NCBI RefSeq assembly: GCF_006345805.1 | Contig: NC_043009.1 | Span: 2,170,001 to 2,234,000 of the forward strand | DNA length: 64,000 nt | Source: Octopus sinensis | Taxonomy: Eukaryota | Reading direction: 5' to 3' | Part shown: piece after piece, positions 53,719 to 64,000 of the stretch | Layout of the letters: the number at the start of each line of letters is the position of its first letter | Position numbering within the stretch: the first letter of the stretch is position 1 | Made by a program: the position numbers and the translations under genes | Notes under the pieces: model-generated | Databases searched by the model: none | Told to the model about the DNA's origin: nothing | What the model saw: the letters and a program-made list of their open reading frames with translations, nothing else

Positions 53719-54319
53719 CTTTGAACACGCTACTCTCCGAAGAACGATACTTCTCATACTTAGCTACAGGAACGCTGCCATCTCGCTTCTTCCCTTCAGT
53801 TTTATAAGGTTACTCTTTCGCTCACCTCAGCTATTTTTTTGTTATCACTGTTTTCTTTTTCTACTGTATTTTCTCAAAAGATGTCACGTTGTTTTCCATT
53901 GAATGCCTGACACAAACTAGCTTATCACAGCATCACATTACGCATGTGCTGTGTGTATCTGACAGCAAACCTGTTCTCTTTCCTCTCTATGTAGTTTTGT
54001 GAATTATTGTGTTCGTGTGCATTTCACTTTGTGTTGCGTGGGTCCTTCCCTGTGTGTGTGTTACGTATGTGTGTGTGTTTGTGTGTGTGTTGTGTGTGTG
54101 TGTGTGTGTGGTGTGTGTGTGTGTGTGCGGGCGAGTATGTGTATAGTGTGTGTATGTATGTGATAGTAAAAGAAATCAAAGCAGAAATAAATAGACAGAG
54201 AGAAAGATGGTGAAGAAGGATGTTTCCTTTTCGTCATCATGTCTCGAGATTGCAGTCTTCACGTTTTCTGAAAATAAAACCTGAAAATATGTTGTTTCTT
54301 TATTACACATTTTCATATT

Positions 54320-54400
54320 TCTAATAACAACAACAACAACATCAACAACAACAATAACAACAGCAGCAGCAGCAACAACAACAACAACAATAATAATAGA

Positions 54401-54452
<52 letters not shown>

Positions 54453-54965
54453 TAATGATGATGATGATGATGTTGTGAAAGTGGTGATATAAATATTATC
54501 ATTAATATTAACATTCTTCTTATCCTTATTTTTCTTGATGTTGTTGGTGTGTGTTGCTGTTTTCTCTTTACTCTTTTACTCTTCTTCTTCGTCTTCTACT
54601 TCTCTTCTTTTTCTCTTCTTCTTCGTCTCACTTCTTCTTCTTCTTCCTTATTCTTCTCACTTCTTCGTTTATTCTTCTTTTCTTCATCTTCTTCTTCTCT
54701 TCTTCTTCTTCTTCTCCTCTTCTTCTTGTTGCTATTCTTCTCTTCTTTTTTTCTTCTTATTTTCTTCTTCTTCTTCTTCTTCTTCTTCTAATACTTCTAC
54801 TATTAGTATTGCTTGTTTTTCTTTTTCTTATTACTGCAAGTATATTCATCAGTATTATCATTCTTATTGTTATTATTAATATCATTTTTATTATTTCTAT
54901 CATCGTTATTATCGTCACCGTCACCGTCACTATCAGCATCATCATCAACATCATCATCATCAAAA
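54320..54965. repeat. AAC/AAT/GAT and TCT/ATT/ATC trinucleotide mosaic
   Basis: Direct reading. Confidence 0.9.
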
Positions 54966-55404
54966 CTTTGTGGTGCGCGAAAACATGTATTCATTTTAAG
55001 CTGTTCTTATTGCAAAGTACCATGGGAAATTAAATACGTGGTTAGACATAAACGTGTATGTTACTGATTTTGTTTTTGCTGTTCTGTTACGCGGCAAAAA
55101 CCTATGCGGTGGTTAAATTTAACGGTCCAATATTTCGATGGCCATCAACGATCATTGCTAGTGATATAGGATTTGCTTCAAACAGATGCTGTATAAAAAC
55201 ACTGAGATAAGGTGAGGAAGATAGTCAGAATGCCGAAGGAATGATACAGAAAGAAAAGATTTAACTTCAAATATATTTCTAAATCTCTGTGAAAATTTTT
55301 TAGTGATATTTCTATTTTTATTTAAAATACAATAATCATGAGTATACAATAAAAAAAAATTATATATCATCAGAGGCAAAATTATGGCGTAAATATTCAT
55401 ATGG

Positions 55405-55444
<40 letters not shown>

Positions 55445-55616
55445 CTATTTATCTATCTAACTATATATCCATGTAGATAGATATAGGCATATATAGGTAC
55501 ATATACATACACCTCTATGTTGAGCACCTGTATACAAGCATTTATACACACACAGACACAGACACACAGACACATACACACACACACACGCGCACATATA
55601 TATATATATATACATA

Positions 55617-56400
55617 CACGGGGTGCGATGGGTAAATTGTTGCCATTTCAGATTTTTTTATTTCGCGCATGCGCATTGTTTGTTTTTCCTTTTGTCGACT
55701 ACACAGTATTGTAGAAGCCTTTGGGCACCGTCTGTGAGAAAAACAGCATCATGATGCAATTAACTCTGCCAGAAATTTGGAAACGTCATGCTGTACTGCT
55801 TTGCATGGAAGACTCAGTAGGAACATAATAAATGCACAGAACAACCGACGGCCTGCCCTGTCGCCAAAACATGTACCGAGAGTGATAAGAATCAAACCTC
55901 CAGTCAACAGAATGGTGTTTGGAATGATCACTAGTGATGGCGCTGTTATGTCTTCATACATCTTCCCACACTACATAGCACACAGCACAGAAGCCTACAT
56001 CAAGTACCTGGAGGAGGTAGTACTACCCTGGAAGACCCTATGTCTAGCAACAATATTCTGTGCCATGCAACATAGGCAGGAGAACCCTTTCATGGCAGTC
56101 AGATAATTTCTGCAACTACATCACCCCTAAAATCTGGTCACCTGGCACTCAAGACTGAAACCTTCTTGATTATTTATGTGTGGGTAGCAATTGAGTGAGA
56201 GAACAACAAAACTCCTTGTAAAACCAAAGATAAACTGAAGGCGAGGATTATGGCAGCATTTAACAACTTGAGGCAAGGAGATAGTCCAGAGGAGTAGTAG
56301 GAGATTCCCAAGTCGTCTGGAGACCATGGTTGAAGCCATTGGTGATTTCATTGAATAAATTTACTCTTTAGTATTTCCAGATATTTGTATGTAATTTTCC
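55617..56400 (+). mobile_element. Internally deleted Tc1/mariner-superfamily (maT/DD37D-like) transposon
   Basis: KPPVNRMVFGMITSDGAVMSSYIFP..TEAYIKYLEEVVLPW, then NFCNYITPKIWSP..LDY..W..KDKLKARIMAAF..RFPSRLETMVEAIGDFIE*; TA-CACGGGGTGCGATGGGTAAATTG left end; right TIR not seen. Confidence 0.85.
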
Positions 56401-56779
56401 GTATCATAAGTTGAAAAACAAGTTATATTTTTTACAAAAGGGAGGCAATGTTGGCAGGTATGCGAATAAAATACAAGAGTTAATGAAAAAGTGTAGATAA
56501 TATCTGGACTACACATGTTTCATAGCGGGCGGAACTTCGGAAGTTGTGAATATCCAAGCGAGGTGTATACCGCTGCCTACTCTCCCGGTCAAGGGCATCT
56601 TCATTAAATGAAGTTTACATTGCCGTAAAGAGGTACGTCAATACACGGACGATTCGATGAGAATCGATCAGACGCACACATTCTTAGCTCTTGTATATAT
56701 GTATGTATGCAAACACACACACATATATAGTATAATGCATATTGTGAGTCATACACTGTAGAAGAAATATATAAATATA

Positions 56780-56833
<54 letters not shown>

Positions 56834-56835
56834 CA

Positions 56836-56959
<124 letters not shown>

Positions 56960-57547
56960 CGTATGTATATATATATTCTACGGTTCATGACTCACGTGAA
57001 AATTTCCGCAGAACTGAGCATATAATATTCTTACGTAATAAGTCTCGGTCATGAAACATTCCTTCAGGATATTTCTCATTTTTTTCCTCCATAAATCCAG
57101 GTATAGCAAAGAATTTATCAGATTGCCTTATATACCCATAATAGACACACACGCACACATAAGCACACGCATACACACATTTACATATATATAAAAATAG
57201 ATATGAAATATATACACATATACAAAGATAGATATAAACGTATATCTCCATATATAGATACACAAATATATACATATATACACACACATAAATAAATATA
57301 TATAATTATATACATATTGTAGAGAATTGTGTAAATACATTCTAATAGAATGCTAGAAATAGATATATATGTTACTCTCCACAAATTTGTTTCCTATATG
57401 CAACTGAATTTGGATGAATGCATCATGATGAAATTTTCACCTGAGTAGAATTGGTTGAAGATTAGTGATATTTAGGTAATGTTCATAAATGTTACTATCA
57501 ACATAAAAATATATTCTGGTGTCACCAAACAGGTTAACTTCTCCAAA

Positions 57548-57598
<51 letters not shown>

Positions 57599-58172
57599 CA
57601 CTTTTCATGTTTTTTTAATTGACCTTTATAATCATAACGTCTCGTATTACGAAACTATATTTATTCTCCCCCCGTATACATGTACCTACGCACATATGCA
57701 CGGTGTTCATGTTATTATATATTAGTTCAGCTATATTTTATATCCTTTTACTTTTAGTATATATTTTATATGTTTACATTTTTGTTTTTTATTATTATTT
57801 GAATTTGTAATATATACATGTATCGCACCCAAGTATTATGAATCTCTGTATGCAAGATTTCCTTTCTCAGATCTAAAGTTCTAACGACTGAAATTTTTAT
57901 CTTCTTCAAAAATCTTTTATTACTTCTTAGCCCATAAACGAGCAAAAGAACAGTTGTTCTATATACGGAGTATTGTCTCTATAAAAAAATTCCTTATACA
58001 CACACACACATATATATATATATATAATTATGAAAATTATGGGTATCTACGAGATACGACCATGCTAGATATATCAGCCAAAACTTAACTCTACAACTAC
58101 ATTAAATGTTCATACAGCACCAGGAAAGTGGACAAAGACACAAAATAAACTAGCAAAAAAAAATATTGGATA

Positions 58173-58231
58173 ATTCCAGATCCCGGATCTCTGTCTCTGC
58201 ATAAGAAATGCTTTGCCTTCATCAGTGGAAT
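58173..58231 (-). ncRNA. Hammerhead ribozyme-like motif, lightly decayed
   Basis: rc: ATTCCA-CTGATGA-aGGCaaaGCAT-TTCTT-ATGCagaGACa-GAGA-TCCGGGA-TC|TGGAAT; perfect 6-bp helix I, one change in GAAA; lies in a ~220-bp insert between (TA)n tracts. Confidence 0.6.
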
Positions 58232-58300
58232 ATACGCAAATGGTACATAAATACAAATATATATATATGTACTTGTGTGTGTGTGTGTGTATGTATGTTG

Positions 58301-58384
<84 letters not shown>

Positions 58385-58390
<6 letters not shown>

Positions 58391-59334
58391 AAGGGCTTAG
58401 TAAAATAAATTACTTTGCCACATACTGAACTCATTAGAAATAGCAGCTAAAGAAATTTCTTCAGCTATTTCTAATACTTAAAGAAGATGGAAACGTACGT
58501 TCTCAAATAACCTTTGCACTTGATTTTTTAATGTTTTTTCCCCCATACTTTTGTGAGTTAGTTTAGGCAAACACTATCTCAGAGAGATCTTCTTTAAGTA
58601 TTAGAAATAGCTGAAGAAATTTCTTTAGCTGCTATTTCTAATGAGTTCAGTATGTGGCAAAGTAATTTATTTTACTAAGCCCTTATATATAATGTAATAT
58701 TTTGAATTCGCCTATAATGGTCCCTTCACATACTGAATACTTGGTGAAATTGATTAATAATTAATTAATTTTACCCTCAATTGTTGAAATTATAATTCAT
58801 CTCTCTCTGCTAAATTCTGCGTTAATACATGGTGTTTGTCAATTTTAACCCACGCTGGTGGAAAGGGGAGAGCAGAAATTCTTCGCTTGCATATTCGAAT
58901 TTGATAGCACTTTTAGTTCGAGCAGAATTCTAGAGGTGATTAGAAGCCGAAAGGGTATGCTCCCGACTTTCAGTGTTCCCAAATCCGATTCAAGGAATTC
59001 TGAGCTGAAGAAAGAAATGTCGAATTGACTAATCTAGAAACGTACGTTCTCAAATAACCTTTGCACTTGATTTTTTAATGTTTTTTCCCCCATACTTTTG
59101 TGAGTTAGTTTAGGCAAACACTATCTGAGAGAGATCTTCTTTAAGTATTAGAAATAGTTGAAGAAATTTCTTTAGCTGCTATTTCTAATGAGTTCAGTAT
59201 GTGGCAAAGTAATTTATTTTACTAAGCCCTTATATATAATGTAATATTTTGAATTCGCCTATAATGGTCCCTTTACATACTGAATACTTGGTGAAATTGA
59301 TTAATAATTAATTAATTTGACCCTCAATTGTTGA
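58385..59334 (+). mobile_element. Young non-autonomous PLE-like pseudo-LTR insertion: inverted 104-bp block + 298-bp direct repeats (547-nt period) with HHR
   Basis: 58385-58488 is a perfect reverse complement of 58587-58690; 58490-58787 recurs at 59037-59334 (about 4 differences); flanked by (TA)n. Confidence 0.8.
59001..59052 (+). ncRNA. Type-I hammerhead ribozyme with palindromic GTAC helix III
   Basis: TGAG-CTGAAGA-aAGAaatGTC-GAATT-GACtaaTCTa-GAAA-C-GTAC-G-TT|CTCA. Confidence 0.7.
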
Positions 59335-59535
59335 GTATATATATATATATATATATATATAACATACGAATACTTACATATACGCACGTATATGCACGTA
59401 TATATGCATGTATGCACACGACCAGTTTGAATTGCCAGTCTAAACTCCTCCTGCAATATTCCCATGCTAGCACCCTGATATGATCGGTATTTTGAATAAC
59501 ATTCTTATCCTTATTCATATATATATATATGTATG

Positions 59536-59589
<54 letters not shown>

Positions 59590-59595
<6 letters not shown>

Positions 59596-59673
59596 TAAAT
59601 AGATAGATAGATAGATATATAGATAGATAGATAGATAGATATAGATAGATAGATAGACAGATAGATAGATAGG

Positions 59674-59707
<34 letters not shown>

Positions 59708-59722
59708 TAGATAGATAGATAT
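59590..59722. repeat. (GATA)n array after (TA)n/(GA)n
   Basis: Direct reading. Confidence 0.95.
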
Positions 59723-60699
59723 ATTAACAATATTTTATATGCTTAAAGCTTATAAGTGATCACCCTGCAACGTTGTAGAGTTCAGGGCTAAAATCTTGAT
59801 TTTCTACGGCTGAAGTCTTGCTGAAATCAATTACTATTCCATTTTCACACTTTACCAGATGTACAGTCTGTATTTACAGTTTCTCTTTGTCTAACAGAAG
59901 CTCCGTAGCTCATTTTATTGTAGTGACTCTCCGAGAAACATCCCTGTTCTCTATACCGTTGACAGTATTTCCTATCTGATCTTTCTTTTTCTGAAGATTT
60001 AATAACTTCAGTTGCCTTCGATCATAAATATTCGTACTTTCTTCGGCAATTTACTCATTGCTACTCTTAACAGTTTTCCAGAAATGTAGATCCATAAATT
60101 TTATTGTAGATAGAGAAAAACGGATTTTCTTGCTCAGTAACTTGTGGATTTCAGAATACCTTTCCTACTTCACCAAGAATGGAATGTTGATTTTAATACG
60201 TTAGTATGGGATTCTGTTTACTTTAGATGTATATGTATCGCAAACAACACATCTCATAATGTAGCTATTGAAGTTGTAATTAAACCTATTTGCAAACATC
60301 TCTTGGTTTAAACATCACACGGAATCACTTGTAAAACTCTGTTTGACAGATACATAAAAGGGATCTTCTTGATATTTTAAATAGCTTCTGTATCATTTTC
60401 TTCACTCATACGAATATACGCGCAGTGTAAATGCATGTACAAATGGAAACGTATGCATATGCATACACAGTCATCCGCATACATGGAACTATATAGAAGC
60501 ACACACATATACACAGAAACACACACAAGCATGTACGAATTTACATTCATAAACAATTTAAATACACGATCTTTGAAGGCAGAAACTAAATTTATTTCAC
60601 CCCAGTTGAAAATGCTCCCCAGAGCAAGATTAGTCTCTGCACACAGGAAAAGATACCCAAAAGAACTCGGATTTTGCAATAAAATTTTACTCATTTAGT

Positions 60700-61210
60700 T
60701 TTATATGTTTACACTTTTATCACCTGCAAAGTATTGTCCAATTGGCGCAATGCCTCCGTCGAGACGCGCTTTCCACTGTTCGAAGCAGTCCAGACATGGA
60801 ACAGCTACGAAGTAATGCTTTTAACGCCTCAGTCGTTTTTTCTTCACCTCTTGCACATTTGCAAAATGTTTACCTATAAGGAGTTTTTTCATTCGGGGTA
60901 ACACTTCCAAATGATCTTTCACATCACAACACGCATTCAATCATGACTGCTTTTGATTTTCTGTGAGCAAGCTAAGCACAAATGTTGCTACAACTCCTTT
61001 TATTTGCAATTCCTCGTTAAAAATTCGTTGGCGGAAGCTCCAGGACTCAAGCTACAAGTGACTATTCTTAATGCGTGAAAACCACCCGTAAACTTGTGTT
61101 TTACTGATGTCAGCGTCGTTGTAAGCTGTTTGAAGAGCGACAACTGTTTCGGCCGGTGTTTGCCCCAGCAGAAAACAGAATTTCACTGAAACCTCCTGGT
61201 TTTCGTTTCA
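60700..61210 (-). mobile_element. Internally deleted mariner transposase relic
   Basis: SVKFCFLLGQTPAETVVALQTAYNDADISKTQVYGWFSRIK; ATFVLSLLTENQK; LPRMKKLLIGKHFANVQEVKKK..DCFEQWKARLD..GQYF. Confidence 0.85.
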
Positions 61211-61667
61211 GCTATCGCAAAAAATCTACAAACAGGAGAGGAGTAATGCAAAACAAAGACACTCTCCGTGGCAGCACAACTTCGTTCAGGAGACTGATTC
61301 TTGAGGGTTGATCAAGTGACCTCTAGCGGTGGAGGACTGAACTATATCGAACTTCTATCACAGAAAATATTTCCGTTTAACTTTGAGTACATCCTCATAT
61401 ACTTGATTTAATCATTCTATGTCACTCAACCTTTACGAAGCACTTTTCAATACGTTAGATAAAATCTATACGAAACAACAGGTACAAGTGTGATACGCTG
61501 CATATATGAATATCAAGATGCATCTATTCGCCCATCCATCCATCCATCCTTGCCTACATACATCTATTCATTCATGCATCCACCCGTCCTTCGGTCTGTC
61601 TGTCGGTCAATCCATATATATATATATATTATATATATATATATATACATATATCTTTTGTATATAT

Positions 61668-61753
<86 letters not shown>

Positions 61754-61899
61754 ACATACATACATGGTGGGGTCCAAAAATATATTTCTAATAAATATCA
61801 TCATATCAAAATGATAGCCTGCTACAGCAAGCAATTAAAATGTGAAATTAACAAGTAAAGAGTTTGTTATAGGTATGTCTAAGGTAAAATCTTATATAA

Positions 61900-62450
61900 A
61901 ACACTACTAACAATTAGAAAAATGGAGAAGAGAAGACTTCAATAGTTCAAATTAGAATTTAATTGCCACATATGAACGTTTCGAATAGTAATACCAACAT
62001 GTAAGAAAACAACATTAATTCTAATAATAATAATAATAATAACAATCTCGTCAGTGCAATAATTAAAGGAAAACACCCAAAAAGGTATTAACAAAAGAAA
62101 ATTTGAAAGAAAAACAAAGAGGCTATAAGTTTAATTATATAGGTTGTACACAGAACCCATTTAAATTGCAATTAAGTAGCCATAAATCATATTTTAATGA
62201 CCTTAGGAAAGTAAACTGTACTAGTCTATCAACAAATATTTGGCAACTGTAAAGAGATAGCATAGATTACACAATTTTTTGGAAGATTATTTCTTCTGCT
62301 CTTTCTTATAGGATTAGCAACAGAACATGTTTTTTATGCCTAGAAGAATCTTATAAAATTATAAAAATGAATGATTCTCTCTCAAATTCGAGAGATGAGA
62401 GTTTTTTTATGTAAACATACGTCTAAATTTCTTTTTATTAACCTTAAATA
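61900..62450 (+). mobile_element. Decayed PLE 3' end with a second type of GIY-YIG domain and C-terminal CxxC...CxH
   Basis: Frame from 62124: YIGCTQNPFKLQLSSHKSYF..TSLSTNIWQL*RDSIDYTIFWKII..RTCFLCLEESY..NSRDE, then CKH after a poly-T frameshift; TAA at 62250. Confidence 0.8.
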
Positions 62451-62668
62451 AGTTTTTCTCCACAAACCCCCTTCCTCATGTTGGTCCTTATTCTAAGTAT
62501 TACCTATCCTTAATTCTTCGTATAATACCTCCAGTTTACCTATCTACTACATATATGTATATCGCCATGTATATATGTAACGTGTATATGCAGATGATTG
62601 ATTATATATTTCTATATGTTTATTTTATGTAAGTATATATGTATGTATGTGTGCACTTGTATATATAC

Positions 62669-62749
<81 letters not shown>

Positions 62750-62907
62750 ACATATATATACATATATATGTATTTATGTATGTATATGTTGATGCATATA
62801 TATGTGTGTGTATGTGTGTGCGTATATATATGTGTGAATATATAAATATATATTTATGAAGGTGTATATGTAATATATTTATATCTATATGTGTATGTAT
62901 ATATGTG

Positions 62908-62944
<37 letters not shown>

Positions 62945-63182
62945 CGTGTGTGTGTGTGTATATTTCGTATATTGACGTGTTTTTTTATAATTTATATACG
63001 AATACTTGGGTTTATTTTTTGTTTCAGTTATTATTATTATTATTATTATTATTTTATTATTATTATTATTTATTATTATTATTATTATTATTATTTTTAG
63101 CTTTCTATCTTCATTTTTTCATATACCTATGTGAGTAAACGTTTTGTTTTGCTTTTTCATATATATATATATCTATATATAT

Positions 63183-64000
63183 ACTTTGAAAAATGGCATT
63201 CGTAGGATAGTAATATTTTGGTAGAAATACTGATTGTCCCTCTTAGCGTTTGGCAGGTATATATAATGCCTCCTGGCATGTATGTAAATTATGCCCTCTA
63301 TATATAAATTAATATGTTTTCATAAGAAATAATTATTTTCGATTTTTTTCTCTTATGAGGTTTTTACGCTATCTACCTACAATTTCTTGTTAAGTTTTCC
63401 TTATTAAGTAGTTGTCCTTATTGCAAAATTTTTATTCCGAAAAAACTTTTCCTCTCCCGAAATGCAATTTTGTAAAGTTTTGCCATTCACACCCGCATGT
63501 ATATATATAAACTCACCCATGTGCTTCGTTGATGTTGATCATTAGCTGTTCGGCTTAAGCGAGGCAGGTCGTTGTTATTTATATACATTCAGGCCTCTGA
63601 TGATTACGTAGTATGAACCACTGTGATACAGGCCTATATATTTTTAAATGTCTTACTTTGAAAAATTGCATTCGTAGGATTAGTAATATTTTTGTTGGTA
63701 GAAATGACTGATTGTCCCTCTTAGCTTTTGGCAGTATATAAATGCCTCCTGGCATGTATGTATAATTATGCCCTATATATAAATTAATATGTTCAATAAG
63801 AAAATTATTTTCGAAATTTTTTCTCTTATGAGGTTTTTATACGCTATCTACCTGACAATTTCTTGTTAAGTTTTCCTTATTAAGTAGTTGTCCTATTGCA
63901 AAATTTTTATTCCGAAAAAACTTTTCCTCTCCCGAAATGCAATTTTGTAAAAGTTTGCCATTCACCCGGATGTAATTATATAAACTCAAAACCACCCATG
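63183..64000 (+). mobile_element. 472-nt-period tandem repeat (pseudo-LTR-like) with an HHR-like motif at the junction; runs off the window end
   Basis: 63183-~63520 recurs from 63655; AGGCCT-CTGATGA-tTAC-GTA-GTAt-GAAC-CACTGTG-ATAC-AGGCCT at 63591-63635. Confidence 0.6.

Noticed and set aside
59770-60350. Possible third GIY-YIG relic on the minus strand (YIMRCVVCD)
   Set aside because: Only a Cys-pair motif survives; not enough to support a call.
62250-62252. In-frame stop in the PLE GIY-YIG as possible selenocysteine recoding
   Set aside because: The codon is TAA, not TGA, and the copy has other lesions.

Overview
AT-rich, repeat-saturated eukaryotic DNA. The microsatellite load and the tRNA-derived SINE families suggest an octopus/cephalopod genome (inference). 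No host protein-coding gene, rRNA, true tRNA or CRISPR array can be supported; almost all listed ORFs are microsatellite translations. Recognisable content: (i) decayed Penelope-like element (PLE) GIY-YIG fragments of two types (555-1217, ~61900-62450); (ii) about ten minimal type-I hammerhead-ribozyme (HHR)-like motifs from several sequence families, most with a palindromic helix III, three of them inside tandem and/or inverted pseudo-LTR-like structures (32360-33200, 58385-59334, 63183-64000); (iii) R4/Dong-type restriction-like-endonuclease retrotransposon fragments, three of them inside (TAA)n tracts, plus an unexplained ~550-bp TAA-flanked element present twice; (iv) three decayed Tc1/mariner-superfamily transposons; (v) more than 25 tRNA-derived SINE copies with visibly swapped head and tail modules; (vi) several fold-back/MITE-like hairpins. 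The best lead is the HHR/pseudo-LTR set, especially that two rearrangement junctions fall 10-12 nt upstream of predicted cleavage sites. All RNA structures were paired by eye and element boundaries are approximate.
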